This document shows positions 15,993-25,237 of a stretch of 64,000 bases of DNA, piece after piece. The notes beneath the pieces are model-generated. The model was not told the DNA's origin and did no database searches. It saw only the letters and a program-made list of their open reading frames with translations. Made by a program: the position numbers and the translations under genes. Numbering within the stretch: position 1 is the stretch's first letter; the number at the start of each line of letters is the position of its first letter. This DNA comes from an uncultured Clostridia bacterium (lineage in GTDB: Bacteria; Bacillota; Clostridia; Oscillospirales; Oscillospiraceae): positions 240-64,239 of the forward strand of contig CAMFBN010000002.1 in the NCBI GenBank assembly GCA_945948535.1, read 5' to 3'.

Positions 15993-18050
15993 TCAGCTCT
16001 CTTTCGCGCGCAGCAGGCGCTGCATGGTTTGGCTGGTGGCCAGGTCAGCCTTTTGGGTTCCGGGGGTCAGCCGGATGGAAATGTACTTGTGCAGCCGTGT
16101 GATTTCCAGCAGCCCCACATCCCGGAAAATATCCAGACAGATGCTCAGCTGCCCTAAGCTCATGGGCTTGCCGGTCCAGCGGACAATCTTGCGGCACAGG
16201 CACAGGGGAGATTCCTGAATGTCCGTGCCCACAGAGGCAAGATACCGCCACACCATCGCCAGCATGGCCCGGTCAGGGAGCGCCGCGGCAGCTTCCTTCG
16301 ACAGGTGCCGTCCCTTCTGAAGGGCATGGTAGAGGGAGGTCTCGGGGGAGCACTCCGCCCGGCAGCTGGGCCGGATGTCCAGCACGTTCATCTGCACGGT
16401 GCGCTCACCGCGGTATTCGTTCACCTGGGGGTTGAAGGCCACATCCACCACATCGCCCGCCGCGATGGAGACGCTCTGGGGCGTGGCGGAGAAGTAGATC
16501 GCGTTAAAGACCTGCCGCCCGACCCGCAGACGCAGGCGCATATGCCGCCCGCCGCCCACCATGCTGATGCGCTCGATGGTCAGATTGTTCATCGCCAGCA
16601 CCGGCTTGGGGCAGCCGTTGCCGCAAGGCTCCAGTACCCGCAGAGAATCGATGCCCGAAATGGTCAGCAGCTCCGGCGGAATCGCGCAGTCGATGTCCAA
16701 GCTGGTTCGGGGCACGTCGTCCTGATAGAAATTTGCCGCCAGCGCGCAGACCTGTTTGCGAAATTCGGGAATATTCTCCCGGCTGATGGTAAAGCCCGCC
16801 GCCAGCTCGTGCCCGCCGTAGCTTTCAAGAAGCGGGGACAGGGCGGTAAGGGAAGTGAAGAGATTGAAGCCGCCGTGACTGCGGGAGCTGGCCTTGCCGT
16901 GGTCGCCGTCCAGGCAGATGAGGAAGGCAGGGCAGGCGTATTCCTCCGCGATGCGGCTGGCGACGATGCCCACCACGCCCTGATGCCAGCTTTCGTCCGC
17001 CAAAACGATTGCCTCCGGGGGCTTGCCCCCCGGCAGCATGGCCACGGCCTGCTGGTAGATTTCCGATTCCACCGCCTGCCGCTGCCGGTTCAGATTGCAC
17101 AGGGCTTTGGCCACCTCCGAGGCCCGCTGGGGGTCGTCGGTGAGAAACAGCTCCAGAGCCAGATCGATCTGGCCCATCCGTCCCGCGGCGTTGATGCGGG
17201 GAGCCAGCATGAAGCCGATGGAGGAGGAATTGACCGTGGCGGGGTCACAGCCGCACTCTTCCATCAGGGCGGCAATGCCGGGACGGCGGGTGTGGGCCAG
17301 AGACTCCAGCCCCCGGGCAGCAAAGACCCGGTTTTCGCCCTGTAAAGGCATCACGTCCGCCACGGTACCAAGACATACCATGTCGGCGTAATCCGAAAGA
17401 ACCGCATCCTGATCGCCGCAGAGAGCGGCGGCCAGCTTGAAAGCGATGCCCACGCCGGAGAGATTCTTGTGAGGGTAACCGCCGTCGGGCCGGTGGGGGT
17501 CCACCACGGCCACGGCCTGGGGCAGGGTGTCCTTGCATTCGTGATGGTCGGTGATGACCAGCTCCATGCCCAGCTCCCGGCACAGCTTGGCCTCCTCAAC
17601 GGCGGTAATGCCGCAGTCCACGGTGACAATGAGCTTGACCTCCTCCGCGTGGAGCTGGTTCAGGGCGATGGCATTCAGGCCGTAGCCCTCCTCCAGCCGC
17701 CCGGGGATGTAGCTGACGCAATCCGCTCCGTGGCGGCGCAGAAAATCCGTCAGAAGACAGGTGGCGGTAATACCGTCCACATCATAGTCGCCGAAAACGG
17801 CAATTTTTTCCTTTTTTTCAATAGCCAGCGCCACCCGCCCGGCGGCAAGGTCCATATCCGTCATCAGAAACGGGTCGAGCAGCGGAGCGTTACAATCCAG
17901 ATACTTTTTTGCCTGGCTGCCGTTTTCGATTCCCCGGCAGGCCAGCACCATAGCGGACAGCGGCGCGTAGCCCGCGCCCACCAGCGCGTTCACAGCCCCC
18001 ATATCCGGCTGCTTCACATTCCAAATTCCGTATTTCACCTTAGCACACAT
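15993..18050 (-). CDS. recJ: Single-stranded DNA exonuclease RecJ
   Basis: GDYDVDG, ITDHHE, GTVADV, PRINAAGR, GGHELAAG, PCGNGCPKP; exact start uncertain (18050 or GTG 18038). Confidence 0.96.
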   Translation of the reverse strand: MCAKVKYGIWNVKQPDMGAVNALVGAGYAPLSAMVLACRGIENGSQAKKYLDCNAPLLDPFLMTDMDLAAGRVALAIEKKEKIAVFGDYDVDGITATCLLTDFLRRHGADCVSYIPGRLEEGYGLNAIALNQLHAEEVKLIVTVDCGITAVEEAKLCRELGMELVITDHHECKDTLPQAVAVVDPHRPDGGYPHKNLSGVGIAFKLAAALCGDQDAVLSDYADMVCLGTVADVMPLQGENRVFAARGLESLAHTRRPGIAALMEECGCDPATVNSSSIGFMLAPRINAAGRMGQIDLALELFLTDDPQRASEVAKALCNLNRQRQAVESEIYQQAVAMLPGGKPPEAIVLADESWHQGVVGIVASRIAEEYACPAFLICLDGDHGKASSRSHGGFNLFTSLTALSPLLESYGGHELAAGFTISRENIPEFRKQVCALAANFYQDDVPRTSLDIDCAIPPELLTISGIDSLRVLEPCGNGCPKPVLAMNNLTIERISMVGGGRHMRLRLRVGRQVFNAIYFSATPQSVSIAAGDVVDVAFNPQVNEYRGERTVQMNVLDIRPSCRAECSPETSLYHALQKGRHLSKEAAAALPDRAMLAMVWRYLASVGTDIQESPLCLCRKIVRWTGKPMSLGQLSICLDIFRDVGLLEITRLHKYISIRLTPGTQKADLATSQTMQRLLRAKES

Positions 18051-18125
18051 CCAGTAATAAGCATTTTCCTTACATTATAGCAAAAAGAAGCCGGATGCAC
18101 AATAGGAAGATGGAATTTTCTTTTG

Positions 18126-18216
18126 GTCCGCAGGGCGGACAGCCAATGCGTGCACGGCGTTGTGTATTCGTTACACCATTGGGTACCGCTCGGTATCGCT
18201 TTCTGGTGTTGTTAAT
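18126..18216. repeat. REP-like element C, copy 2
   Basis: GTCCGC-AGG-GCGGAC hairpin plus GTTACACCATTGGG...CTCGGTATCGCTTTCTGG as at 9332-9426. Confidence 0.75.
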
Positions 18217-18220
18217 TAAC

Positions 18221-18412
18221 TATATTGTCCTTTAGTTGACAATTGACAATTGACAGTTGACAATTTAGGAGTCCCTGCGGGACAATTAAAAAATGTCATA
18301 ACTGGCGGTTCCTTTGGAAAAACCGCAGGTATTTCGTACTTGTAGTTTATTTTAATTCATCCCGAAGGGATACCACAATTGTCAATTGTTCATTGTCAAT
18401 TGTCAATTCAAT
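18221..18412 (+). repeat. Heptamer-arm element, long type, copy 2
   Basis: Hairpins 18271-18283 and 18359-18371; one more left-arm heptamer than copy 1. Confidence 0.92.
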
Positions 18413-18428
18413 TTTGCTTTTGCTGATT

Positions 18429-19478
18429 TTAAATCGATCTGTTATCCTCCCGCCGAAGCTGCAAAGCGGCAACGGTGAGCAGGGGAGCCAGGATCATCCC
18501 GCCCACGCCCCAGAGCCGGTAGCCGATATACAGCGCGAGAAGTGTCACCAGCGGGTCGAGGCCCAGATGCTTGCCCAGCAGCTTCGGTTCCAGCATGGAG
18601 CGGGTCATGGCGGCGGCAACGTAGATGCCGAGAATGCCCAGCGCCCGGGGCGTGTCCCCCTGCAAAAAGCACACCACGCTCCAGGGCACCAGCACGGTGC
18701 CGGTGCCGAGGACCGGTAGAGCATCCACCAGCGCAATCAGCACTGCCCACAGTAGGCTGCTGGGAATCCGCAGCAGGGTCAGCCCTGCCGCCACGATGCC
18801 GAAGGTCACGCTCATGAGCTTGCACTGGGCGAGAAACCATTTGCCCAGCACCCGGCGCATCCGGCGGGCGGTTTCCAGCGCGGAGCGCAGCTGCTGCCTG
18901 GGCACCCGCCGAATCAGCCACCGGCGTATCTGGGGGAGCCTTGCGGAGATCAGGAAGGCGGAAAGAATGGCGGTGCCGAGGCCCAGCGCACTGTCCGGCA
19001 CATGGCTGAGCAGGCCCCCCGCCAGTCCCAGCAGCCAGGCGGTGACTTTTCCCAGCAGGGTGCTTCCATCGGCAAGCAGCGTCCTCACATTCTCCTCCAG
19101 CAGGGGCCGGATTCCCCGGGGGGCGTGGGAGGCCAGCTCCAGCAGCCGGTTCTGCGCCAGCGCCAGTCCGGAACGGGCGGTACTCTCCAAATCCGGTAAA
19201 ACGCCCGCGAGGTTTTTCAGCTGCCGCAGGGCGAAGGCGCACAGAATCAGCAGGAGCATAGCCAGGAAGCAGAAGGCCATGCTGACGCCGATGGCGGTGC
19301 TCACCGCCCGGGGCGTGTGAACCTTCTGGCTCAGGAATCGGACCATTGGCTCCGCCGCCAGGGCCAGCAGGGCGCCCAGCAGGAAGGGGGACAGCAGCGG
19401 CAGCAGAAATTTCGCGGCCAGCCAGACGGCGGCGAAAACTGCCAGTACAGAGAAAACGGTTTTGCGGGGGGAACCCAT
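18429..19478 (-). CDS. ytvI: Sporulation integral membrane protein YtvI (AI-2E family)
   Basis: LSPFLLG...AEPMVRFL; DALPVLGTGTVLVPW; LEPKLLG...GLDPL...G..GMILAP. Confidence 0.9.
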   Translation of the reverse strand: MGSPRKTVFSVLAVFAAVWLAAKFLLPLLSPFLLGALLALAAEPMVRFLSQKVHTPRAVSTAIGVSMAFCFLAMLLLILCAFALRQLKNLAGVLPDLESTARSGLALAQNRLLELASHAPRGIRPLLEENVRTLLADGSTLLGKVTAWLLGLAGGLLSHVPDSALGLGTAILSAFLISARLPQIRRWLIRRVPRQQLRSALETARRMRRVLGKWFLAQCKLMSVTFGIVAAGLTLLRIPSSLLWAVLIALVDALPVLGTGTVLVPWSVVCFLQGDTPRALGILGIYVAAAMTRSMLEPKLLGKHLGLDPLVTLLALYIGYRLWGVGGMILAPLLTVAALQLRREDNRSI

Positions 19479-19603
19479 GCCGGAATGCTCCTTTCGTATG
19501 GTAAGATAGGGGTTGCATTTTCTAAAAAGTATGCTACAATACATTATTGGAGAACATATGTTGCTCCATTGCGTACAAAAGCAGAAATTTCAGGAGGTAG
19601 GAC

Positions 19604-20044
19604 ATGTCAACCAAACCCAAATATTATATAGTGGAAGCGTCCGCGCTGCCGGAAGTATTTCTGAAGGTGGCGGAGGCCAAGCGCCTGCTTTCCACGGGCG
19701 AGGCGGCGACCGTCAACGAGGCGACCCGCATGACCGACATCAGCCGCAGTGCCTTCTATAAATATCGTGATGCCGTTCTGCCCTTTCAGAATATGATGAC
19801 CGGGCGGATTATCACCTTCCAGCTGCTGCTCCACGATGAGCCGGGACTGCTGTCCCAGATTCTGGGGGTGTTCGCAGTGGCGAAGGCCAATATTATCACC
19901 ATCAACTCCATCGTGCCCACCAACGGCACAGCGGTGGTCACCATTTCCGCGGAGACCATGGATCTGACGGTGTCGCTGGAGGAGCTTTTGCAGCAGCTTT
20001 CCGCCACCCACGGCGTGGTCAAGGCGGAGGTTTTGGCAGGTTAG
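19604..20044 (+). CDS. ACT-domain protein UPF0735 (ThrR/PheB-like)
   Basis: YYIVEASALPEVFLKV...ISRSAFYKYRD...HDEPGLLS...NIITINS. Confidence 0.9.
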   Translation: MSTKPKYYIVEASALPEVFLKVAEAKRLLSTGEAATVNEATRMTDISRSAFYKYRDAVLPFQNMMTGRIITFQLLLHDEPGLLSQILGVFAVAKANIITINSIVPTNGTAVVTISAETMDLTVSLEELLQQLSATHGVVKAEVLAG

Positions 20045-20075
20045 TCCGCAGGGCGGACGAACAATGCGTTACGGG
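20044..20075. repeat. Partial REP-like element C, copy 3
   Basis: GTCCGCAGGGCGGAC identical to 18126, followed by AATGCGTTACG as at 9352. Confidence 0.6.
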
Positions 20076-20154
20076 CACTGCGCAGATAACGCACATCCTT
20101 AGGGCCCCCCGAACGAAATGTCATCAACGAAAGCGTTAGGGTACTGTCTACCAC

Positions 20155-20266
20155 TGTCATTGCGAGGAGCGCAGCGACGTGGCAATCCGTACGCCTCTTG
20201 GTTCGGGTACATTATGAAAAGGGGAACGGATTGCCACACCAGTCTGATGACTGGTTCGCAATGACA
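20155..20266. repeat. Nested palindromic REP-like element
   Basis: TGTCATTGCGA/TCGCAATGACA outer IR; GTGGCAATCCGT/ACGGATTGCCAC inner IR; ACCAGTC-tgat-GACTGGT hairpin. Confidence 0.8.
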
Positions 20267-20376
20267 TGATTTTTTCGGCAGTTTCAGGGGAGGGTCATTG
20301 ACCCTCCCGCTTTTTACGTCATTCCTTCGTCACGTTCTGTGCCCAACTGACATAGAATGTGCCGGGAGGGATGGCA

Positions 20377-21114
20377 ATGCTGTATGTGCAGAAATACGGA
20401 GGAACCTCCCTGCAGGATGCCGAGCGCATCCGTACCGCTGCCCGGCGGTCGGCGGAGCTGGCCCGGCAGGGGCACGGGGTGGTCGTGGTGGTTTCCGCAC
20501 AGGGGGATACCACCGATGAGATGATTGAAAAAGCCGCTCAGATCAACAGGCGCCGGGCGGCAAGGGAAATGGATGCGTATCTCGCGGCAGGGGAGCAGAT
20601 GTCCGCTGGCCTCATGGCGATGGCCATCGGCGCGCTGGGCTGTCCCGCGGTGAGCCTGACGGGCTGGCAGGCGGGAATCCATACCGACGGCAACCACGGC
20701 GGCGCCCGCATTCTGGAGGTGGACACCACCCGCGTCCGGCGGGAGCTAGGACAGGGAAAGATCGTTGTTGTGGCAGGCTTTCAGGGCGTTGATCCGGAGG
20801 GGGATATCACCACTCTGGGCCGGGGCGGTTCGGATACCACGGCGGTGGCGCTGGCAGCCTGGCTGAAGGCGGATATCTGCCAGATTTTCACGGATGTAGA
20901 CGGGGTCTACGACCGGGATCCCAGGCTGTTCCCGGATGCCCGCCGGTTCCGGCAGATTCGCTATGATACCATGATGGCGCTGGTGGAAAACGGAGCCCAG
21001 GTGCTCCATGACCGCAGCGTGGAGCTGGCAAGGCAGCACGGTATCCGGCTGGAGGTTCTGGCGGCAGCTACTGGCGACCCGGGAACCATTGTTGGGGAGT
21101 TGGAATCATTCTAA
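20377..21114 (+). CDS. Aspartate kinase, catalytic domain only (no ACT)
   Basis: VQKYGGTS, VVSAQGDTTD, AGFQG, TLGRGGSDTTA, TDVDGVY; stops at 245 aa. Confidence 0.9.
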   Translation: MLYVQKYGGTSLQDAERIRTAARRSAELARQGHGVVVVVSAQGDTTDEMIEKAAQINRRRAAREMDAYLAAGEQMSAGLMAMAIGALGCPAVSLTGWQAGIHTDGNHGGARILEVDTTRVRRELGQGKIVVVAGFQGVDPEGDITTLGRGGSDTTAVALAAWLKADICQIFTDVDGVYDRDPRLFPDARRFRQIRYDTMMALVENGAQVLHDRSVELARQHGIRLEVLAAATGDPGTIVGELESF

Positions 21115-21147
21115 CCGGGTTGGGCATAAGATATTCCATGGCAGTGT

Positions 21148-21260
21148 GGAGTTTGAAGTGTGGAATGTGGAGTGAAGGAGTCCGCTTCGCGGACAAATTG
21201 CAATCATTTCCGAAGGAAATACCACTTTTTTGTATTTTGCATTCATCATTTTGCATTTCA
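21148..21260 (+). repeat. Heptamer-arm element, short type, with non-matching arms
   Basis: GTGTGGA-type left arm, hairpins 21179-21193 and 21205-21219, TTTGCAT-type right arm. Confidence 0.8.
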
Positions 21261-21270
21261 TAAAAAGTTC

Positions 21271-21299
21271 TTGACAAGATAGAAAACCTGTGCTAAAAT
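21271..21299 (+). promoter_or_regulatory. sigma-A promoter of infC-rpmI-rplT
   Basis: TTGACA-17-TAAAAT with TG extension. Confidence 0.8.
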
Positions 21300-21306
21300 G
21301 CACGGG

Positions 21307-21425
21307 TAATAAAGAAGGCTGAACATCCGCCTCACCGTAAGCTTTAGGCGAAACGGTTTATATTCCTCTTCCCTTTGGGGAAAATGCGGGAATTGCGCGG
21401 ATGCTCTGGCATCCGCTTTTTTGTT
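21307..21425 (+). promoter_or_regulatory. Ribosomal protein L20 leader (inferred)
   Basis: Structured 5' UTR of infC-rpmI-rplT ending in GCGGATGC...GCATCCGC-TTTT. Confidence 0.6.
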
Positions 21426-21446
21426 GTTTATTTGGAGGTGCTTACC

Positions 21447-21965
21447 ATCGCAAAGTTAGATCATCAGCTCAATGAGGAGATTCGGGACAAAGAGGTTCGT
21501 CTGATCGGAGCCGACGGCGCCCAGCTGGGCATCGTGTCCTCCGCCGAGGCCAACGCCATGGCTGAGGAGCAGGGCTTGGACCTGGTGAAGATCTCTCCCA
21601 ACGCGGTCCCTCCCGTCTGCAAGATCATGGACTATTCTAAATTCTGCTACGACCAGAAGAAGCGGGAGAAGGATGCCAGAAAGAACCAGCGGGTCGTGGA
21701 GATCAAGGAAATCCGCATGAGCCCCAGCATCGACACCAATGACCTGAACACCAAGGTCAAGTCCGCCCAGAAGTTCCTGGCAGACGGCAACCGGGTGAAG
21801 GTCAGCGTCCGTTTCCGCGGCCGCGAGATGGCGCATACCAACCTTGGTGAGAAGCTGCTTCTGGATTTTGCCGCCAGTTGTGCTGAGATCGCCAGCATGG
21901 AAAAAAGCCCCAAGCTGGAAGGCCGCTTCATGGCGATCTTCCTGACCCCCAAAAATAGCAAGTAA
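21447..21965 (+). CDS. infC: Translation initiation factor IF-3 (ATC start)
   Basis: GGAGGTG SD then ATC; [28 protein letters not shown]. Confidence 0.96.
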   Translation: MAKLDHQLNEEIRDKEVRLIGADGAQLGIVSSAEANAMAEEQGLDLVKISPNAVPPVCKIMDYSKFCYDQKKREKDARKNQRVVEIKEIRMSPSIDTNDLNTKVKSAQKFLADGNRVKVSVRFRGREMAHTNLGEKLLLDFAASCAEIASMEKSPKLEGRFMAIFLTPKNSK

Positions 21966-22003
21966 GTCATTCATTACCAAAGATAACGGAAGGAGAACCA
22001 CCT

Positions 22004-22201
22004 ATGCCCAAGCTGAAGACCCATAGCGGCGCTAAGAAGAGATTCAACCTGACCGCCAGCGGTAAGGTTAAGAGAGCCCGCGCTTTCAAGAGCCACATCC
22101 TGACCAAGAAGACCACCAAGCGTACCCGCCATCTGCGTGAGACCGCTTACGCTGACCAGACCAATGTCAGCGCAATCAAGAAAATGATTCCCTACAAGTA
22201 A
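22004..22201 (+). CDS. rpmI: 50S ribosomal protein L35
   Basis: [14 protein letters not shown]. Confidence 0.98.
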   Translation: MPKLKTHSGAKKRFNLTASGKVKRARAFKSHILTKKTTKRTRHLRETAYADQTNVSAIKKMIPYK

Positions 22202-22223
22202 GGCAGAAGGAGGATACTGAAAA

Positions 22224-22580
22224 ATGGCAAGAGTGAAAGGCGCGATGATGACGCGCAAGAGAAGAAACGCTACCCTGAAGCTGGCCAAGGGCTACTGGGG
22301 TTCCAAGTCCAAGCACTTCAAGATGGCCAAGCAGCAGGTCATGAAGTCCGGCAATTACGCTTTCAAGGGCCGCAAGCAGAAGAAGCGTGATTTCCGCCGC
22401 CTGTGGATCGCCCGTATCAGCGCTTCCGTCGCTCCCTACGGCATGAACTACTCCACCTTCATGAACGGCGTCAAGAAGGCCGGCATCGAGATGAACCGCA
22501 AGAGCCTGTCCGAGATGGCCATTCAGGACTCCGCCGCGTTCGCCGCGGTTGTGGAGAAGGCCAAGGCTGCTTTGAACTAA
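22224..22580 (+). CDS. rplT: 50S ribosomal protein L20
   Basis: MARVKG...[16 protein letters not shown]. Confidence 0.98.
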   Translation: MARVKGAMMTRKRRNATLKLAKGYWGSKSKHFKMAKQQVMKSGNYAFKGRKQKKRDFRRLWIARISASVAPYGMNYSTFMNGVKKAGIEMNRKSLSEMAIQDSAAFAAVVEKAKAALN

Positions 22581-22590
22581 GTTCAAAAAT

Positions 22591-22620
22591 GAGACCCTGC
22601 CGTTTCGGCGGGGTCTTTTC
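22591..22620 (+). terminator. Intrinsic terminator after rplT
   Basis: AGACCCTGCCG-tttc-GGCGGGGTCT followed by TTT. Confidence 0.75.
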
Positions 22621-22637
22621 CGTTAGGGGGGAGAAAT

Positions 22638-23501
22638 GTGGTACTGAAATGGACTGCCGACCGGGCGGGGAGATTGTCCTCTTTCCTGCTGGGGGAGCTG
22701 AAAATGTCCGCAGGCCTCATGAACAAGCTGAAATGGGGCGATTCCCTCCGGGTCAATGGAGTCCCTCAGCGGACGAATTACCCGGTTCAGCCCGGTGACG
22801 TGATTACCGTGGCGCTGGCGGAGGAAACGCCGGAGTACCCGGCGGAGGACGGGGAACTGTCGATTCTCTACGAGGACGACGCCCTGCTGGCGGTGGACAA
22901 GCCCGCCGGAATGCTGATTCACCCCTCCCGGGCGAGAAATACGGGGACGCTGGCGAATTTTGTGGCAGGGTACTATCAGAAAACAGGACAGAATTGCGCC
23001 TTCCACCCCATGACCCGGCTGGACCGGGACACCTTCGGCATCGTGCTGCTGGCGAAAAACGCCCATGTCCACAGTTTGCTGCAAAGCGGCGGCGCGAAAA
23101 AGATCTATCACGCGCTGGTGTACAGCGGCCCAAATGAGGTAAGCGGCACCATTGATGCCCCCATTGCCCGCCGCCCGCTGCCGAGCCTTCTGCGTTATGT
23201 AAACCCGGAGGGGAAACCTTCCGTGACCGAGTGGCAGATTTTGAAGCGGGATAAAAAGTTATGTAAACTAGCCTTACGGCCCGTCACCGGAAGAACCCAC
23301 CAGCTTCGGGTGCACTGCGCCTACATGGGCTTTCCCATACTGGGAGACCCCCAGTACGGAAGCCCGGAATCTCAGGCGTATTCTGCCGAACTGGGGCTGA
23401 CCCACCAGATGCTCTGCGCCAGAAAACTGGAATTTTCCCATCCCCTCACCGGGCAGGCCATGGTGCTGGAATCCGCCATGGATGTACAGGGAAGAAAATG
23501 A
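22638..23501 (+). CDS. RluA-family pseudouridine synthase
   Basis: VDKPAGMLIHP, TRLDRDTFG, TGRTHQLRVH, GDPQYG. Confidence 0.93.
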   Translation: MVLKWTADRAGRLSSFLLGELKMSAGLMNKLKWGDSLRVNGVPQRTNYPVQPGDVITVALAEETPEYPAEDGELSILYEDDALLAVDKPAGMLIHPSRARNTGTLANFVAGYYQKTGQNCAFHPMTRLDRDTFGIVLLAKNAHVHSLLQSGGAKKIYHALVYSGPNEVSGTIDAPIARRPLPSLLRYVNPEGKPSVTEWQILKRDKKLCKLALRPVTGRTHQLRVHCAYMGFPILGDPQYGSPESQAYSAELGLTHQMLCARKLEFSHPLTGQAMVLESAMDVQGRK

Positions 23502-23544
23502 CTGCGCCTGCCCGGATGGGCAGACGCAGTTTTTCTTTACGGCA

Positions 23545-24309
23545 TTATTCTTCCTCGGCGACGGTTTCCTCTGCGGAGAAGGTTAGATCCGCGATCATGG
23601 TTTCCACCCGCTTCATGCCCTCGGCACCGTCCTCACAGAAGGTGTAGACCTCAATGAGCTTCCCGTTGGTAAAGTGGTTGTAGACCACAAACCCGTAATC
23701 CTTTGCCAGATTGAAAGCAATGTACTGGTTTTCTCCAACGGTTTTGACCAGAGCGGGACTGCCGCCGTACCAGTTTTTGGACAGGTAGTCCGCAATCTGC
23801 TTTACGGAGGCATCCTCCAGCGTGTTCATATCCCCCACCAGCGCCGCCAGCGTATTGCCGGACTCGGCAACGTAGGTGGAGACGCCGGCGCAGTAATCGA
23901 AGATGTCCATATGGATGCCGTTATTGCTGTAGTTCTGCACAGCGGCGCTGATGTCGCTGTACAGATCCATGTAGATTTCCAGCTGCTGATACACGTCCTG
24001 CGTGATGCAGTAGGCGCCGAAGGGCACCGTCAAGGACAGCTCCGTGCCGGCGGCGGTGACCACGGTAAACACGCCGTTGTCCTGATCGATCGTCACCGTG
24101 TCCGCGGTCTGGCTGGCGGAGGCAGGCTCACGGCTGCTGCTGATGGGCTTTTTCCCGATTTCCGGGGCCACCACCGCGGTATCGAGAATGGTATACTTCT
24201 CGGTTTTATCTGTTTTGGCGGTTTTGTCATCCTTCGCGGCGTCCACGCGGACAGTGCCGAGGCTCACCACAAGAAGCAGCGCCAGCGTAACAGCAATCCA
24301 TTTTTTCAT
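23545..24309 (-). CDS. Hypothetical secreted protein
   Basis: Signal peptide MKKWIAVTLALLLVVSLG; SD AAGGAGAG; no family recognised. Confidence 0.8.
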   Translation of the reverse strand: MKKWIAVTLALLLVVSLGTVRVDAAKDDKTAKTDKTEKYTILDTAVVAPEIGKKPISSSREPASASQTADTVTIDQDNGVFTVVTAAGTELSLTVPFGAYCITQDVYQQLEIYMDLYSDISAAVQNYSNNGIHMDIFDYCAGVSTYVAESGNTLAALVGDMNTLEDASVKQIADYLSKNWYGGSPALVKTVGENQYIAFNLAKDYGFVVYNHFTNGKLIEVYTFCEDGAEGMKRVETMIADLTFSAEETVAEEE

Positions 24310-24508
24310 AGTATTCTCTCCTTTGAGACGGTATAGGAAAAGTATAGCAAACACGGGACATTTTTTCAAGGGCAGCACCGCATAATGGGGCAAAAGATCC
24401 GCCGAAGCCCGCTGTCCCCATTGTGCGGTGTTGCCCAAGATTTTGGGTATGATTTTCATACTTGCCGCGTCAAGCGTGCGGGGTGCCGCCATTGGAAGCC
24501 GTGAAGCG

Positions 24509-25048
24509 TCACAGGACGGCAATTTTCCTCAGGGTATTGGCTGTTCGGATTGTAATCCATTCTCCAATTCCCGGACTTGCGGTTTTTTTCCACCAGTTCG
24601 CTTTCGCGTACTTCTTCCTGTCAAAGGACCAGAAAATCGCGTTTTCGCAGATGAATACCTGTTCCAGCTCCTTTGTCGGTTCGCCGATTTTCTCACGGAT
24701 GCTTTGGGCGGCAGCGGGAGGAATCACAAAAATCAAATTATCGTATTTGTCTTTGTCAGCTGTTCCCCACCAATCAGGCGCTTTGCCCAATAAAGCCTCC
24801 AGCTTTTCCTGCGGCATGACAAAAACCGGAATATCCAAGCCAAACCGTTCCCGTATCATGGATCGGATGGTATTTGCCAGAATGCTTTCCTCATTTTCAC
24901 AAGCCGTGAAAATCACATTTCCGCTATTGAGATAGGTAAGAACATCGGTATAACCAAGTTCAATCAAACGGGATTTCAGCTCCGGCATGGATAGTTTGTT
25001 TTTTCCGCTTATGTTGATCCCTCTTAACAAGGCAACGTATCGTTTCAT
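24509..25048 (-). CDS. DUF1697 family protein
   Basis: MKRYVALLRGINISGKNKLSM...TYLNSGNVIF...TIRTANT. Confidence 0.88.
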   Translation of the reverse strand: MKRYVALLRGINISGKNKLSMPELKSRLIELGYTDVLTYLNSGNVIFTACENEESILANTIRSMIRERFGLDIPVFVMPQEKLEALLGKAPDWWGTADKDKYDNLIFVIPPAAAQSIREKIGEPTKELEQVFICENAIFWSFDRKKYAKANWWKKTASPGIGEWITIRTANTLRKIAVL

Positions 25049-25237
25049 AACAATTCCTCCTGTCGGCTGCTTTGGCTGCCCAGGCACTGGATGAGCCGGG
25101 TGGATTTTCCAACGGTTTTTCCTGCTGACAGCGCTTTCGTGAAAAAAGTATACCACATTTCCGGAACGACTGCAACCGAAAGACAAACGCCCGCAAGGGG
25201 CGAAATCCCCCTGCGGGCGTGGAAATGCATTTTCGGG

